In this document: piece after piece, positions 1 through 7,402 of the stretch
Layout: the number at the start of each line of letters is the position of its first letter
Numbering within the stretch: position 1 is the first letter of the stretch
Source: a virus
Lineage: Duplodnaviria; Caudoviricetes
DNA length: 37,901 bases
Virus record (IMG/VR): IMGVR_UViG_3300037722_001169
Span: 1-37,901 of that record
Reading direction: 5' to 3' (one strand)
Translations under genes and position numbers: made by a program
Notes under the pieces: generated by a model
The model's input: only the letters and a program-made list of their open reading frames with translations
Databases searched by the model: none
Told to the model about the DNA's origin: nothing

Positions 1-135
1 CGCATGAAGGCGCTGAACGCCGACCCGGAGTTCGCCGCCGCCCACCGCGAGCGCATGAAGGCGCTGAACGCCGACCCGGAGTTCGCCGCCGCCCACCGCG
101 CGCGCATGAAGGCGCTGCACGCCGACCCGGAGTTC
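1..135 (+). repeat. 51-bp in-frame tandem repeat, about 2.6 copies visible
   Basis: Near-identical units at 1-51, 52-102 and 103-135 (partial). Confidence 0.95.
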
Positions 136-270
136 AACCCGCTCGTCCTGCTCACCGACGCGGAACGGGCGGATTACGACGTGCTGAAAAAGGCCGGCTA
201 CAGCAGGTCCGACGCGCTGGCCGCGATCGGCCGGGCGGACCTGTCGCCGCACCGCGAAGCGGCGGAGTAG
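1..270 (+). CDS. Tandem-repeat protein, probably 5'-truncated by the window edge
   Basis: Frame open from base 1; 17-aa units RMKAL(N/H)ADPEFAAAHRE; TAG at 268-270. Confidence 0.75.
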   Translation, partial: RMKALNADPEFAAAHRERMKALNADPEFAAAHRARMKALHADPEFNPLVLLTDAERADYDVLKKAGYSRSDALAAIGRADLSPHREAAE

Positions 271-411
271 CCCGTGCCCGCCGCAGCCGCCCTCACCGAT
301 ATCGCCTGCTTCGGTATGCCAGTACCGGGCAGGGCGGGCGTGCTGCGTCGTCGTATCCAAGGGTCCGTTCCTCATCCTTCCGTAGGCAAACCCTACGGCG
401 AGGTAGAGGCG

Positions 412-765
412 ATGACCGCACACGCGGGTACCCGAAACTGTCGCGCACGATCGGCGCGAATGTTCAACGCGGCGACGTTCACCGAGTGGGCGGCGGACAC
501 GCTGGCCCGTGTCTTCGGCTACGGCATGACCGGCGCCAAGCGCGTCGCCGACGTGGCGGAGGTCAACGTTGCCACGGCGCGCAACTGGCACGAGGCGCGC
601 AACGCGATGCAGGCGTTCCAGCTGGCCAACCTGTGCGCCGAATCTGACGAGCTGCTGGCCGAGTTCCTCGCCGCGATCGGCCGGGCCGATCTGGCGGATG
701 CCGCCAGACGCGACGCCGTGATCGCGGAAATCAGAACCGTACTGGCGAGGCTCGATGCGCGGTGA
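412..765 (+). CDS. HTH DNA-binding protein (CII/Cro-like position)
   Basis: GAGG upstream of ATG 412; HTH-like AKRVADVAEVNVATARNW; start reassigned from 274. Confidence 0.6.
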   Translation: MTAHAGTRNCRARSARMFNAATFTEWAADTLARVFGYGMTGAKRVADVAEVNVATARNWHEARNAMQAFQLANLCAESDELLAEFLAAIGRADLADAARRDAVIAEIRTVLARLDAR

Positions 766-1025
766 AGGCAATCCTGATCGAGTTCGGCCCGCTGCTGCCT
801 CGCGTCATCGAGGAGCCGGTGCTGTTCTCGCGGCACTGGCGGGTGCTGCCGGCTTTCGAGCTCGGCCGCTTCCGGTTTCGCGGGATGATCGTCTATCTGG
901 CGGACCGGTCGGTGGCGGCGCACTGCCGCGAACAGCGCGAGCGCAACGCGGCGCTGACGCGCCGGCTGGTGGCCGTCAACGACGGCATGCGCAACGTCCT
1001 GCCGCTGCTGAGAGGCGGGGAATGA
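762..1025 (+). CDS. Hypothetical protein
   Basis: GTGA overlap with the previous stop; codon usage fits the genome. Confidence 0.65.
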   Translation: MKAILIEFGPLLPRVIEEPVLFSRHWRVLPAFELGRFRFRGMIVYLADRSVAAHCREQRERNAALTRRLVAVNDGMRNVLPLLRGGE

Positions 1026-1164
1026 CCATCACCGATCGCGCGCGCAGCCACCCCCTGGTTCCCGCGCGCGAGGGCAGGGCCTTCCTTGGTTGGGCCTTTG
1101 CCAACACGGACGGCGGCAATCCGTGGCCCGCGAAACCGCTACCCTTTTCCCCTTGGCGCGCTGC

Positions 1165-1250
1165 CGGTTCCGCCGCGCCGGGCTGTGGTCTCAGCGGAAC
1201 CCGTTTCCTCCCTGAACTCCCCCGGCGGCTTCGGCTGCCGGGGATTTTTT
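1165..1250 (+). ncRNA. suhB/mmgR (alpha-r8)-like small RNA
   Basis: Hairpin GGTTCCGC (1166-1173)/GCGGAACC (1194-1201), then the decamer TTTCCTCCCT (1204-1213), then a terminator hairpin with T-tract; this is the family's layout. Confidence 0.65.
1220..1250 (+). terminator. Rho-independent terminator
   Basis: CCCCGGCGGC-TTCG-GCTGCCGGGG followed by ATTTTTT. Confidence 0.9.
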
Positions 1251-1262
1251 CATGAGGCGGCC

Positions 1263-1454
1263 ATGATCGCAGGACTGACGACGAGAGAACGCGCGCTCGC
1301 CGGCGCCGTGTGCGCGCTGTTCCACGTCAAACGCATGTCGACGGCGGCAATCGCGGCGCGGCTGACGCGCGACGGCGAAACCATCACCGAGGCGCAAGCC
1401 TACAACATCCTCGCCCGCCACGGCGCCGAGTGGCGGCGGACCTACGCGGCGTAA
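1263..1454 (+). CDS. Small HTH-like protein
   Basis: GAGGCGG upstream of ATG 1263; MSTAAIAARLT...ITEAQAYNIL is HTH-like. Confidence 0.6.
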   Translation: MIAGLTTRERALAGAVCALFHVKRMSTAAIAARLTRDGETITEAQAYNILARHGAEWRRTYAA

Positions 1455-1481
1455 AGCCGCCCTGTAAAGGAGAAAGCACCC

Positions 1482-1985
1482 ATGGCACGACGCAGCACGA
1501 AGGCGCTCGACGGCGGCAGGCCCGACAACGAGCGCGAGGAACTGTCCAACCGCGGCGCCCGGCAGGCGGCGATCCGCGGCGCCTACCGGACGGTCTACGA
1601 CCTCGAAGCCGAGATCGCCGCGCTCGAGGCGACGTACATCAAGCCGCTGAAGGAAGAGCGCACGCAAGCGTGGCGCAACGCGAAGGGCGACACCAACATC
1701 GCCATCGCCGACCTGAAGCTCGGCTATCGCGCCTTCAAGCGGGCCAACGACGCCGAGGGCTTCGACGACGAGGGCGAGCGCGACGCCGTGCGCGACGGGC
1801 TCAAGGAGGTCTTCGAGACGCTGCAGCCGGGCGCCATCTTCGACCTCGAGGCGTTCATCGCCGCCGGCGAGGGCTTCGAGGCGGCGCGTCCGGACGACGA
1901 GGGCGACAAGGATCTGCGGCCGTCGTTCCTGCGCGACAACGAGGCGAGCACGCAGAACGGCGCCGAGGCGCCCGCCGACGCCTGA
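1482..1985 (+). CDS. GapR-like (DUF2312-like) DNA-binding protein with acidic tail
   Basis: AAGGAG RBS; the helical pattern IRGAYRTVYDLEAEIAAL...LKEERTQAWRNAKG...LKLGYRAFKR...ERDAV parallels GapR. Confidence 0.5.
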   Translation: MARRSTKALDGGRPDNEREELSNRGARQAAIRGAYRTVYDLEAEIAALEATYIKPLKEERTQAWRNAKGDTNIAIADLKLGYRAFKRANDAEGFDDEGERDAVRDGLKEVFETLQPGAIFDLEAFIAAGEGFEAARPDDEGDKDLRPSFLRDNEASTQNGAEAPADA

Positions 1986-1987
1986 GC

Positions 1988-2536
1988 ATGATCGTGCTGG
2001 GCCTCGATCTGTCGAAGTCGCGCACCGGCTTCGCGCTGGACGGGCGCGAGGGCGCCTGCCCGCCGCGCGCGGGCAGCCGGCGCACGAGCGGCGTGACGCT
2101 CGGCCGGCTCGGCTTCGAGTACCAGGAGTGGCTCTACGAGTTCGCGAAGACGAACAGGGTCGAGCTGATCGCCTACGAGGCGCCGGCGATCGGCAGCCGC
2201 GGCGGCAAGAAGGATGGCGAGCGTTCGTTCGTGATGGACGAGGAGACGTCGATCGCGCTGATCGGCATGGCGTTCGCCACCGAGACGATCGCGCACGCGC
2301 TCGGCGTCCGTTGCGAGCGCGCGCATGTCCAGACGGTGCGAAAGTTCCTGGTGGGGCATGGCCGGCCGCCGAACCCGAAACGGGCGGTGATGGAGCGCTG
2401 CCGGCTGTTGGGCTGGCCGGCGCCGAACACCGACGCGACGGACGCGCTCGCCGTGTGGGCGTGGGCGAAGGCCGGTTTCGACCGCTCGTTCCGCCTCGAG
2501 GCGACGACGCCGCTGTTTTCGAGGGCGGCGCAATGA
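1988..2536 (+). CDS. RuvC-like Holliday junction resolvase
   Basis: MIVLGLDLSKSRTGFA, IAYEAP, VRKFLVGHG, NTDATDALAVW acidic catalytic pattern. Confidence 0.85.
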   Translation: MIVLGLDLSKSRTGFALDGREGACPPRAGSRRTSGVTLGRLGFEYQEWLYEFAKTNRVELIAYEAPAIGSRGGKKDGERSFVMDEETSIALIGMAFATETIAHALGVRCERAHVQTVRKFLVGHGRPPNPKRAVMERCRLLGWPAPNTDATDALAVWAWAKAGFDRSFRLEATTPLFSRAAQ

Positions 2537-3177
2537 GCCGGGGCGAGAAAGGCGGCGCTCCGGGCTTCTGGACCGAGCCGGCGCGGGTCGACCGGCTGCG
2601 CGAGCTGTGGGGCGAGGGGCAGAGCGCCAAGCGGATCGCCGACACGCTGGCCGGCGAGTTCCACGACCACGAGATCACGCGGTCGTCGGTGATCGGCAAG
2701 GCGCATCGGCTCGGGCTGGCTTCGCGTCCGTCGCCGATCGCCGGCAAGGGCAGCGGCAAGCGGCCGAGGCGCAACCGCGGCAGCCGGGCCGCAAAGGCAG
2801 AGAGGGCGCTCGCACTGCCGAAACTGTTCGACGACGCGCCGGCAGTCGTCGTCACGCCGAAGCCCGGCAGGTCCGGGCACATGAACAGTTGCACGCGCAA
2901 CGTGAAGCCGCTGCCGGCCGACGAGGAGACCGACGACATGGAACCGCAGGCTCCGCGCAAGCTGTCGCCGAAGACGGCCAACCCGCACACGGCGCCGCCG
3001 CGCGGCTGGTGCCAGTACCCACGCGGCGAGAGCCCGGCGTGGGATTTCTGCGGCGGGAAGGCGAAGCCCGGATCGAGCTTCTGTCCGGCACATCACGCGC
3101 GCTGCTGGGTGGCGGCGCCGACAAAGCCAAAGCGCCGGATACGCGACACCATGACGGCGATGCTGGAGGCGGGATGA
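2533..3177 (+). CDS. gcrA: GcrA-family cell-cycle regulator
   Basis: WTEPARVDRLRELWGEGQSAKRIA...TRSSVIGKAHRLGL N-domain; C-domain CQYPRGE...FCG...SFCPAH. Confidence 0.9.
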   Translation: MSRGEKGGAPGFWTEPARVDRLRELWGEGQSAKRIADTLAGEFHDHEITRSSVIGKAHRLGLASRPSPIAGKGSGKRPRRNRGSRAAKAERALALPKLFDDAPAVVVTPKPGRSGHMNSCTRNVKPLPADEETDDMEPQAPRKLSPKTANPHTAPPRGWCQYPRGESPAWDFCGGKAKPGSSFCPAHHARCWVAAPTKPKRRIRDTMTAMLEAG

Positions 3178-3878
3178 CGGTGCGCGTCGAACATATCGGC
3201 GACGCCACGCTGTACCTCGGGGACTGTCTCGACGTGCTGCCAGCGCTCCGTAAGGCCGACGCGGTTGTTACTGACCCGCCGTATGGGATTGGATTCACCT
3301 TCGGAAAAAAGAAAACCGCGAAGTTGGCCCATCTGGCAAACAAGAGGGCCAATCAGCCGATTTACGGCGACGACCGGCCGTTCGATCCCTCGCCCTGGCT
3401 ACGATGGCCGTGCATTTTGTGGGGCGCGAACCATTACGCCGAGCGACTCCCGCATGGCCGTTGGCTGGCGTGGAATAAGCTCGGCGACCTGGAACCTTGG
3501 GATAGCTTCAGCGACGTCGAGTTCGCGTGGCAGAACACGCGGGCGGCGGATCGCATCTTCTCTCTGCTTTGGAAAGGCCTGGTACAGGGGCGAAAGGAGC
3601 CGAACAACGGCGAACGCTTCCACCCGACGCAGAAACCTGTTGCGCTGATGGAATGGTGTCTCGGCTTTCTTCCCGACGCCCACACCATTCTTGACCCCTT
3701 CATGGGCAGCGGCACCACCGGCGTAGCCTGCGCCAAGCTGGGCCGGAAGTTCATCGGGATCGAGATTGAAGAACGTTATTTCACGATAGCCTGCGAGCGC
3801 ATCCGCAAGGCCTACGACCAGCCCGACCTGTTCATAGCCCCGCCCAATCCCGCAAAGCAGGAGGCATTCAATGTCTGA
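3174..3878 (+). CDS. Beta-class N6A/N4C DNA methyltransferase (orphan)
   Basis: LYLGDC, VTDPPY, HPTQKP, ILDPFMGSGTT, FIGIE in beta order. Confidence 0.95.
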   Translation: MTVRVEHIGDATLYLGDCLDVLPALRKADAVVTDPPYGIGFTFGKKKTAKLAHLANKRANQPIYGDDRPFDPSPWLRWPCILWGANHYAERLPHGRWLAWNKLGDLEPWDSFSDVEFAWQNTRAADRIFSLLWKGLVQGRKEPNNGERFHPTQKPVALMEWCLGFLPDAHTILDPFMGSGTTGVACAKLGRKFIGIEIEERYFTIACERIRKAYDQPDLFIAPPNPAKQEAFNV

Positions 3879-4353
3879 ATTGAACGCCAAAATTCTACGG
3901 GAAATACTGCTGTATGACGGTCGCACAGGGGTATTCATCTGGCGGGTCCGTCCAGCACGCAACGTAAAGAAGGGATCGATAGCGGGACGTGTTGACGGTC
4001 GAGGATATGGCGGCATCAATATTCGAGGCCGCAAATATGCATCGCATCGTCTTGCTTGGCTTTACGTTTATGGAGAATGGCCCAAGGGCCAGATCGACCA
4101 CATTAATCGGGACCCTGCCGATAACCGTATTGACAATCTGCGCGATGTTTCTGGTTCTGAAAACTGCCGAAATCGCCGCTATAGATCGTATCTCCGGCGC
4201 GGCGGTGTAAAGGGCACATCGTTTCATAAGCGCTCAGGAAAATGGCAAGCGCAAATATGTTTGCCGGTATCTCGAAGCAAGTATCTCGGCCTGTTTGACA
4301 CGGAAGCAGAGGCTTTCGTCGCGTACACGCGCGCAGCGGAGGCGATGCTGTGA
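3871..4353 (+). CDS. HNH endonuclease with AP2-like C-terminal domain
   Basis: HRLAWLYVYG, IDHINRDPADNRIDNLR, KWQAQI...YLGLFDTEAEA; visibly more AT-rich than neighbours. Confidence 0.92.
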   Translation: MSELNAKILREILLYDGRTGVFIWRVRPARNVKKGSIAGRVDGRGYGGINIRGRKYASHRLAWLYVYGEWPKGQIDHINRDPADNRIDNLRDVSGSENCRNRRYRSYLRRGGVKGTSFHKRSGKWQAQICLPVSRSKYLGLFDTEAEAFVAYTRAAEAML

Positions 4354-4565
4354 ACTGCCCCTTGGCCCTGCGCATCGGCGACCGCATCCGCCTCGACTAC
4401 GTGCGCCACGGTGAGCGAATCCCGGACGAGGACGAAGCCGTGCCGATCGGGCACCACTCGGAATACGCCGTGCTGGTGGCGCGGGCAGCAAAACGGGCCG
4501 GAGATTCGAGAATCAATCCGACCCGTCCTGCATCGCGAGTGTGGCCCCGCTGGGAGGTAATTTAG
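4350..4565 (+). CDS. Hypothetical protein
   Basis: GTGA overlap with the HNH stop. Confidence 0.45.
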   Translation: MNCPLALRIGDRIRLDYVRHGERIPDEDEAVPIGHHSEYAVLVARAAKRAGDSRINPTRPASRVWPRWEVI

Positions 4566-4583
4566 CAAGAACTGAAAGAATTG

Positions 4584-4790
4584 CAACGGTTTTGCTTTGA
4601 GGCCGCTTCCGTAAAAAGCCCGACCTCAACGGTTTTCTCCGCTCCCGACCGACAAAGCGGAGATTAGGTCCGGGCAGTTTGTGGCCCCCGCTGCGATCAA
4701 GGCTGGCATCGGCTTTGTGAGAAACAGGTAAGCCCAGTTTGGCATTAGGCGTCTGGTCCACGTTACGGATACCTGACAAGCCGGACCGTA
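4584..4790 (+). other. Structured non-coding interval (candidate ncRNA or origin)
   Basis: Direct repeat CAACGGTTTT (4584, 4627); stems TCTCCGCT/AGCGGAGA (4636-4663) and GGTCCGG (4667-4673)/CCGGACC (4781-4787) enclosing inner stems. Confidence 0.45.
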
Positions 4791-4800
4791 AAGGAGCGAC

Positions 4801-5085
4801 ATGCTGGTGAGGAAGTCAACCAGCCCTGAATCAACAGCCCCCAGGCATGGCCAAAGGGTCGGGGGCCGGCTTTGCCAGATTGGAGAGATTCTAACCGGCG
4901 AGAAGAAAAAAAAGGCGCTGACGGCAGACGAAATCATGGAGCTGCACGAGGCGAAGGTCGACAGGTGGTTTCGCGAGCGGCTGACAGCGGTTCAGTACAG
5001 GCACTTCCACTGGTGCCTGGAGTATGACGCGGGCGATGCGAGGACGTACTGGAAACGGGTATCGGACATGGTGAGGGGCAAGTGA
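4801..5085 (+). CDS. Hypothetical protein
   Basis: Strong AAAGGAG RBS. Confidence 0.7.
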   Translation: MLVRKSTSPESTAPRHGQRVGGRLCQIGEILTGEKKKKALTADEIMELHEAKVDRWFRERLTAVQYRHFHWCLEYDAGDARTYWKRVSDMVRGK

Positions 5086-5351
5086 TTCCCGGCCTCAACC
5101 GCTATGGCGACTACATGGCGGCGTTTCCGAACGACCGCCGGATGAACACGACGCATGGACAGTGCGCGCCTGACCAGCGGCGGGCGCTGGACGTCATGAT
5201 GCGCATTGTGGCGGCGAAGATTCGGGGCGACATGGCGAAGTGGCGCGACGAGACGGCGTATCAGTTGCAGCTTTTGGAAGAGCGCGGAAACGAAGCCTAC
5301 GCATCGAAGGGCGAGGCGTGGTTACAACAGCAAACGACGAAAGGAACCTGA
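5082..5351 (+). CDS. Hypothetical protein
   Basis: GTGA overlap; GAGGGG RBS. Confidence 0.65.
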   Translation: MIPGLNRYGDYMAAFPNDRRMNTTHGQCAPDQRRALDVMMRIVAAKIRGDMAKWRDETAYQLQLLEERGNEAYASKGEAWLQQQTTKGT

Positions 5352-5353
5352 CG

Positions 5354-5530
5354 ATGGCTGTTGATGAGATGGCGACCAGAGTTCAGCGCGGCACGATGCA
5401 GCCCCGCAAAGCCGACATCACATTGCGGTATTGCAGTGCATGCGGCTGCTACCACGACGGCGAATGCCCGCCGCACGACGAAACCGCATTGGCGCTGACG
5501 GCGCTCGAAGAAGACGAAAAGGCGCGGTGA
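5354..5530 (+). CDS. Small Cys/His-rich protein
   Basis: AAAGGA upstream of ATG 5354; CSACGCYHDGEC. Confidence 0.6.
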   Translation: MAVDEMATRVQRGTMQPRKADITLRYCSACGCYHDGECPPHDETALALTALEEDEKAR

Positions 5531-5619
5531 AGGCGTAGGCATGGCTGGCGCGACAGGGAGAACCGGCGTGTGACGGTGCGGCAGGCTGACTACCGCTTAC
5601 AACCATTAGGAGAACGAAC

Positions 5620-5934
5620 ATGGCGACGGCGAAACCAGTAGAGTGGGTGCGGGCGCCGAGGGTCGAACGGCAGCCTCTGGCGCCGGCGAAACCGAAGCCG
5701 AAGCCGGCCCGCCCGAAGCTGACGGAACCGCAGGCGCGGCGGCTGCGCGAGCTGCGTGCGATTGCCGCCGCGGGCAGCGGCATGATCCCGGTGTCGCTGG
5801 CCTTCGACCGCTGCTTCAACGCGCTGCGGAGAGCGGGGCTGATCACGCGCAAGATGCCGGCGACGGCCAGCCCGCTGTTCGGGCGCGCGGTGCTGATCGG
5901 CCTCACTGCGGCGGGCAGGAAGGCGATAGCGTGA
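5620..5934 (+). CDS. Basic protein, possible winged helix
   Basis: AGGAG RBS; LTEPQARRL...NALRRAGLI...LTAAGRKA. Confidence 0.65.
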   Translation: MATAKPVEWVRAPRVERQPLAPAKPKPKPARPKLTEPQARRLRELRAIAAAGSGMIPVSLAFDRCFNALRRAGLITRKMPATASPLFGRAVLIGLTAAGRKAIA

Positions 5935-5936
5935 CG

Positions 5937-6161
5937 CTACTCGCGGGCTTCGATCGGCAGGTCTGCGAGCAAGCCGTCGATCGCGATTTTGCGCTCGGCG
6001 AGCAGGACGGTCAGTTTGCCGCGTGCGCCGGCCGGCACGGCCGCGCCGGCTGCCCAGCGGCGGACAGTGCGGTCGCTGACGCCGAGCGCGCGCGCCATCT
6101 CGGATTGCCAGCGCGAGGCGAACAACGCCTCGCCGGCATGGCGGAAAAGGGCTGGGGTCAT
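5937..6161 (-). CDS. XRE-like HTH transcription regulator
   Basis: WQSEMARALGVSDRTVRRWAAG. Confidence 0.85.
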   Translation of the reverse strand: MTPALFRHAGEALFASRWQSEMARALGVSDRTVRRWAAGAAVPAGARGKLTVLLAERKIAIDGLLADLPIEARE

Positions 6162-6422
6162 TCAGTCGGCCTCGACGATTTTCACGCCGTCAGCGGCTGG
6201 CGAGTATACCCGCAGCCATGTCTCGACGACGCGCTCGGCCGCTTCGCGCGTGGCGAAGCGCAGGGGCCGGACCGCCGCCGGCCGTGTCGCGTCGAGAAAC
6301 TCGTGAGGGCCGGGGTTGAAGTGGATGGCGTCGCCCTCGACCGCGATGACCGGCGCGTCGTAGGTCTCCAGCGCATAGTGCGAGTCGGGCCGCAGCGGCC
6401 GGCGGATGTGGACTTCGTACAT
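6162..6422 (-). CDS. Hypothetical protein
   Basis: GGGAGG RBS; abuts the next gene. Confidence 0.75.
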   Translation of the reverse strand: MYEVHIRRPLRPDSHYALETYDAPVIAVEGDAIHFNPGPHEFLDATRPAAVRPLRFATREAAERVVETWLRVYSPAADGVKIVEAD

Positions 6423-6434
6423 TGTCGCCTCCCG

Positions 6435-6764
6435 TTACATGCCGCGGCGGCTGATGCCGCTCTCGCAGTCAACGAAGGTCGCGCGGGTCTCGATGACGGT
6501 GTCGGTCTGGCGCGCGACGACAGCGTGGGTCGTGGTCACGGCGGCCAGCGCGCCGAGCCGGCGGCGCACCATCGTCGCGACCTGCCGCTCGTGCGCGAAG
6601 CCGGAAGCCTTGATCGTCTCGCCGCCGGGCAGCGTGATGTACGTCACCGCCTGCTGCGAGGCCGGCAGGTCGCGGTACGACTCCGGCGTGTTGAACTGTC
6701 CGAGGGTCTTTTTCGCCAGCGCCGCCGCTTCGCGGTCGGAAATGATGTCGGGCTGCTTGGTCAT
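6435..6764 (-). CDS. Hypothetical protein
   Basis: AGGGAGAG RBS downstream of a consensus promoter. Confidence 0.75.
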   Translation of the reverse strand: MTKQPDIISDREAAALAKKTLGQFNTPESYRDLPASQQAVTYITLPGGETIKASGFAHERQVATMVRRRLGALAAVTTTHAVVARQTDTVIETRATFVDCESGISRRGM

Positions 6765-6808
6765 GATCGGGTCTCTCCCTTATCGCGGCCGGGGCTATTC
6801 CCCTGCTA

Positions 6809-6844
6809 TGTCCTAAATATAGGACACGACGGCGGAGATGTCAA
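6809..6844 (-). promoter_or_regulatory. Sigma70 promoter with overlapping palindromic operator
   Basis: Minus strand TTGACA (6844-6839), 17 nt, TATATT (6821-6816); inverted repeat TGTCCTA-N4-TAGGACA at 6809-6826. Confidence 0.85.
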
Positions 6845-6884
6845 GCAGGGAAATCGACGCCATGTCTGACGGCGAGGTGATCGC

Positions 6885-7358
6885 ATGACCACGATTGCGT
6901 ACCGGGGCGGCGTTATGGCCGCGGACAGCCTCGGCACCCGCGGCGACATCCGCGTCGACGGCAGCCAGAAAATCCAGCGGTTGCCGAACGCGATTATCGC
7001 GTTTTCCGGCAATATCTCCGACGGCCTGCTGTTCGTCGACTGGTGGCGTCGTGGCTGCCTGCGCGACCACCCGCCGGTCTTCAGGCCGAATGGTCTTCGA
7101 GACGGGCAGGGACCGGACTTCCATGCGCTCGTGCTTACCGCCGACGGAGTGAGCCGATGGTGGGAGGATCTCGCACCGGAGCCTGTGCTCGACGAGTTCT
7201 TCGCGATCGGTTCCGGTGCTGCTGCTGCAACGGCGGCGATGCACATGGGCGCTTCCGCCGCGGAAGCCGTGCGCATCGCGATCAAGGTCGATATCTACAC
7301 CGGCGGCGAGGTCATCTGCATGGCGCTCCACCCGGCGCGGCAGGGAGAACAGGCATGA
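6885..7358 (+). CDS. HslV/proteasome-beta-like Ntn peptidase
   Basis: N-terminal (M)TTIAY, AADS, QKI, AFSG, FAIGSGA, AIKVDIYTGG. Confidence 0.85.
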   Translation: MTTIAYRGGVMAADSLGTRGDIRVDGSQKIQRLPNAIIAFSGNISDGLLFVDWWRRGCLRDHPPVFRPNGLRDGQGPDFHALVLTADGVSRWWEDLAPEPVLDEFFAIGSGAAAATAAMHMGASAAEAVRIAIKVDIYTGGEVICMALHPARQGEQA

Positions 7359-7402
7359 CTGACTGGCAGTATCTGCCGGCATGGAACGGGCGAGGCGATT
7401 AA

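Noticed and set aside
1-135. Possible CRISPR array
   Set aside because: Units are contiguous, in frame and have no unique spacers
380-398. CCGTAGG/CCTACGG hairpin before the HTH gene
   Set aside because: A single 7-bp stem in GC-rich DNA; may be regulatory but evidence is insufficient
1191-2990. Long minus-strand ORF of 599 aa, and similar shadow ORFs (11295-12722, 15282-16481, 18028-19269, plus-strand 25600-27651)
   Set aside because: Antisense or off-frame shadows of well-supported genes, expected at high GC; low-complexity Arg/Ala/Pro products
4906-4913. A8 tract as a phase-variation or slippage site
   Set aside because: Encodes a Lys run in an intact ORF; no alternative-frame product is evident
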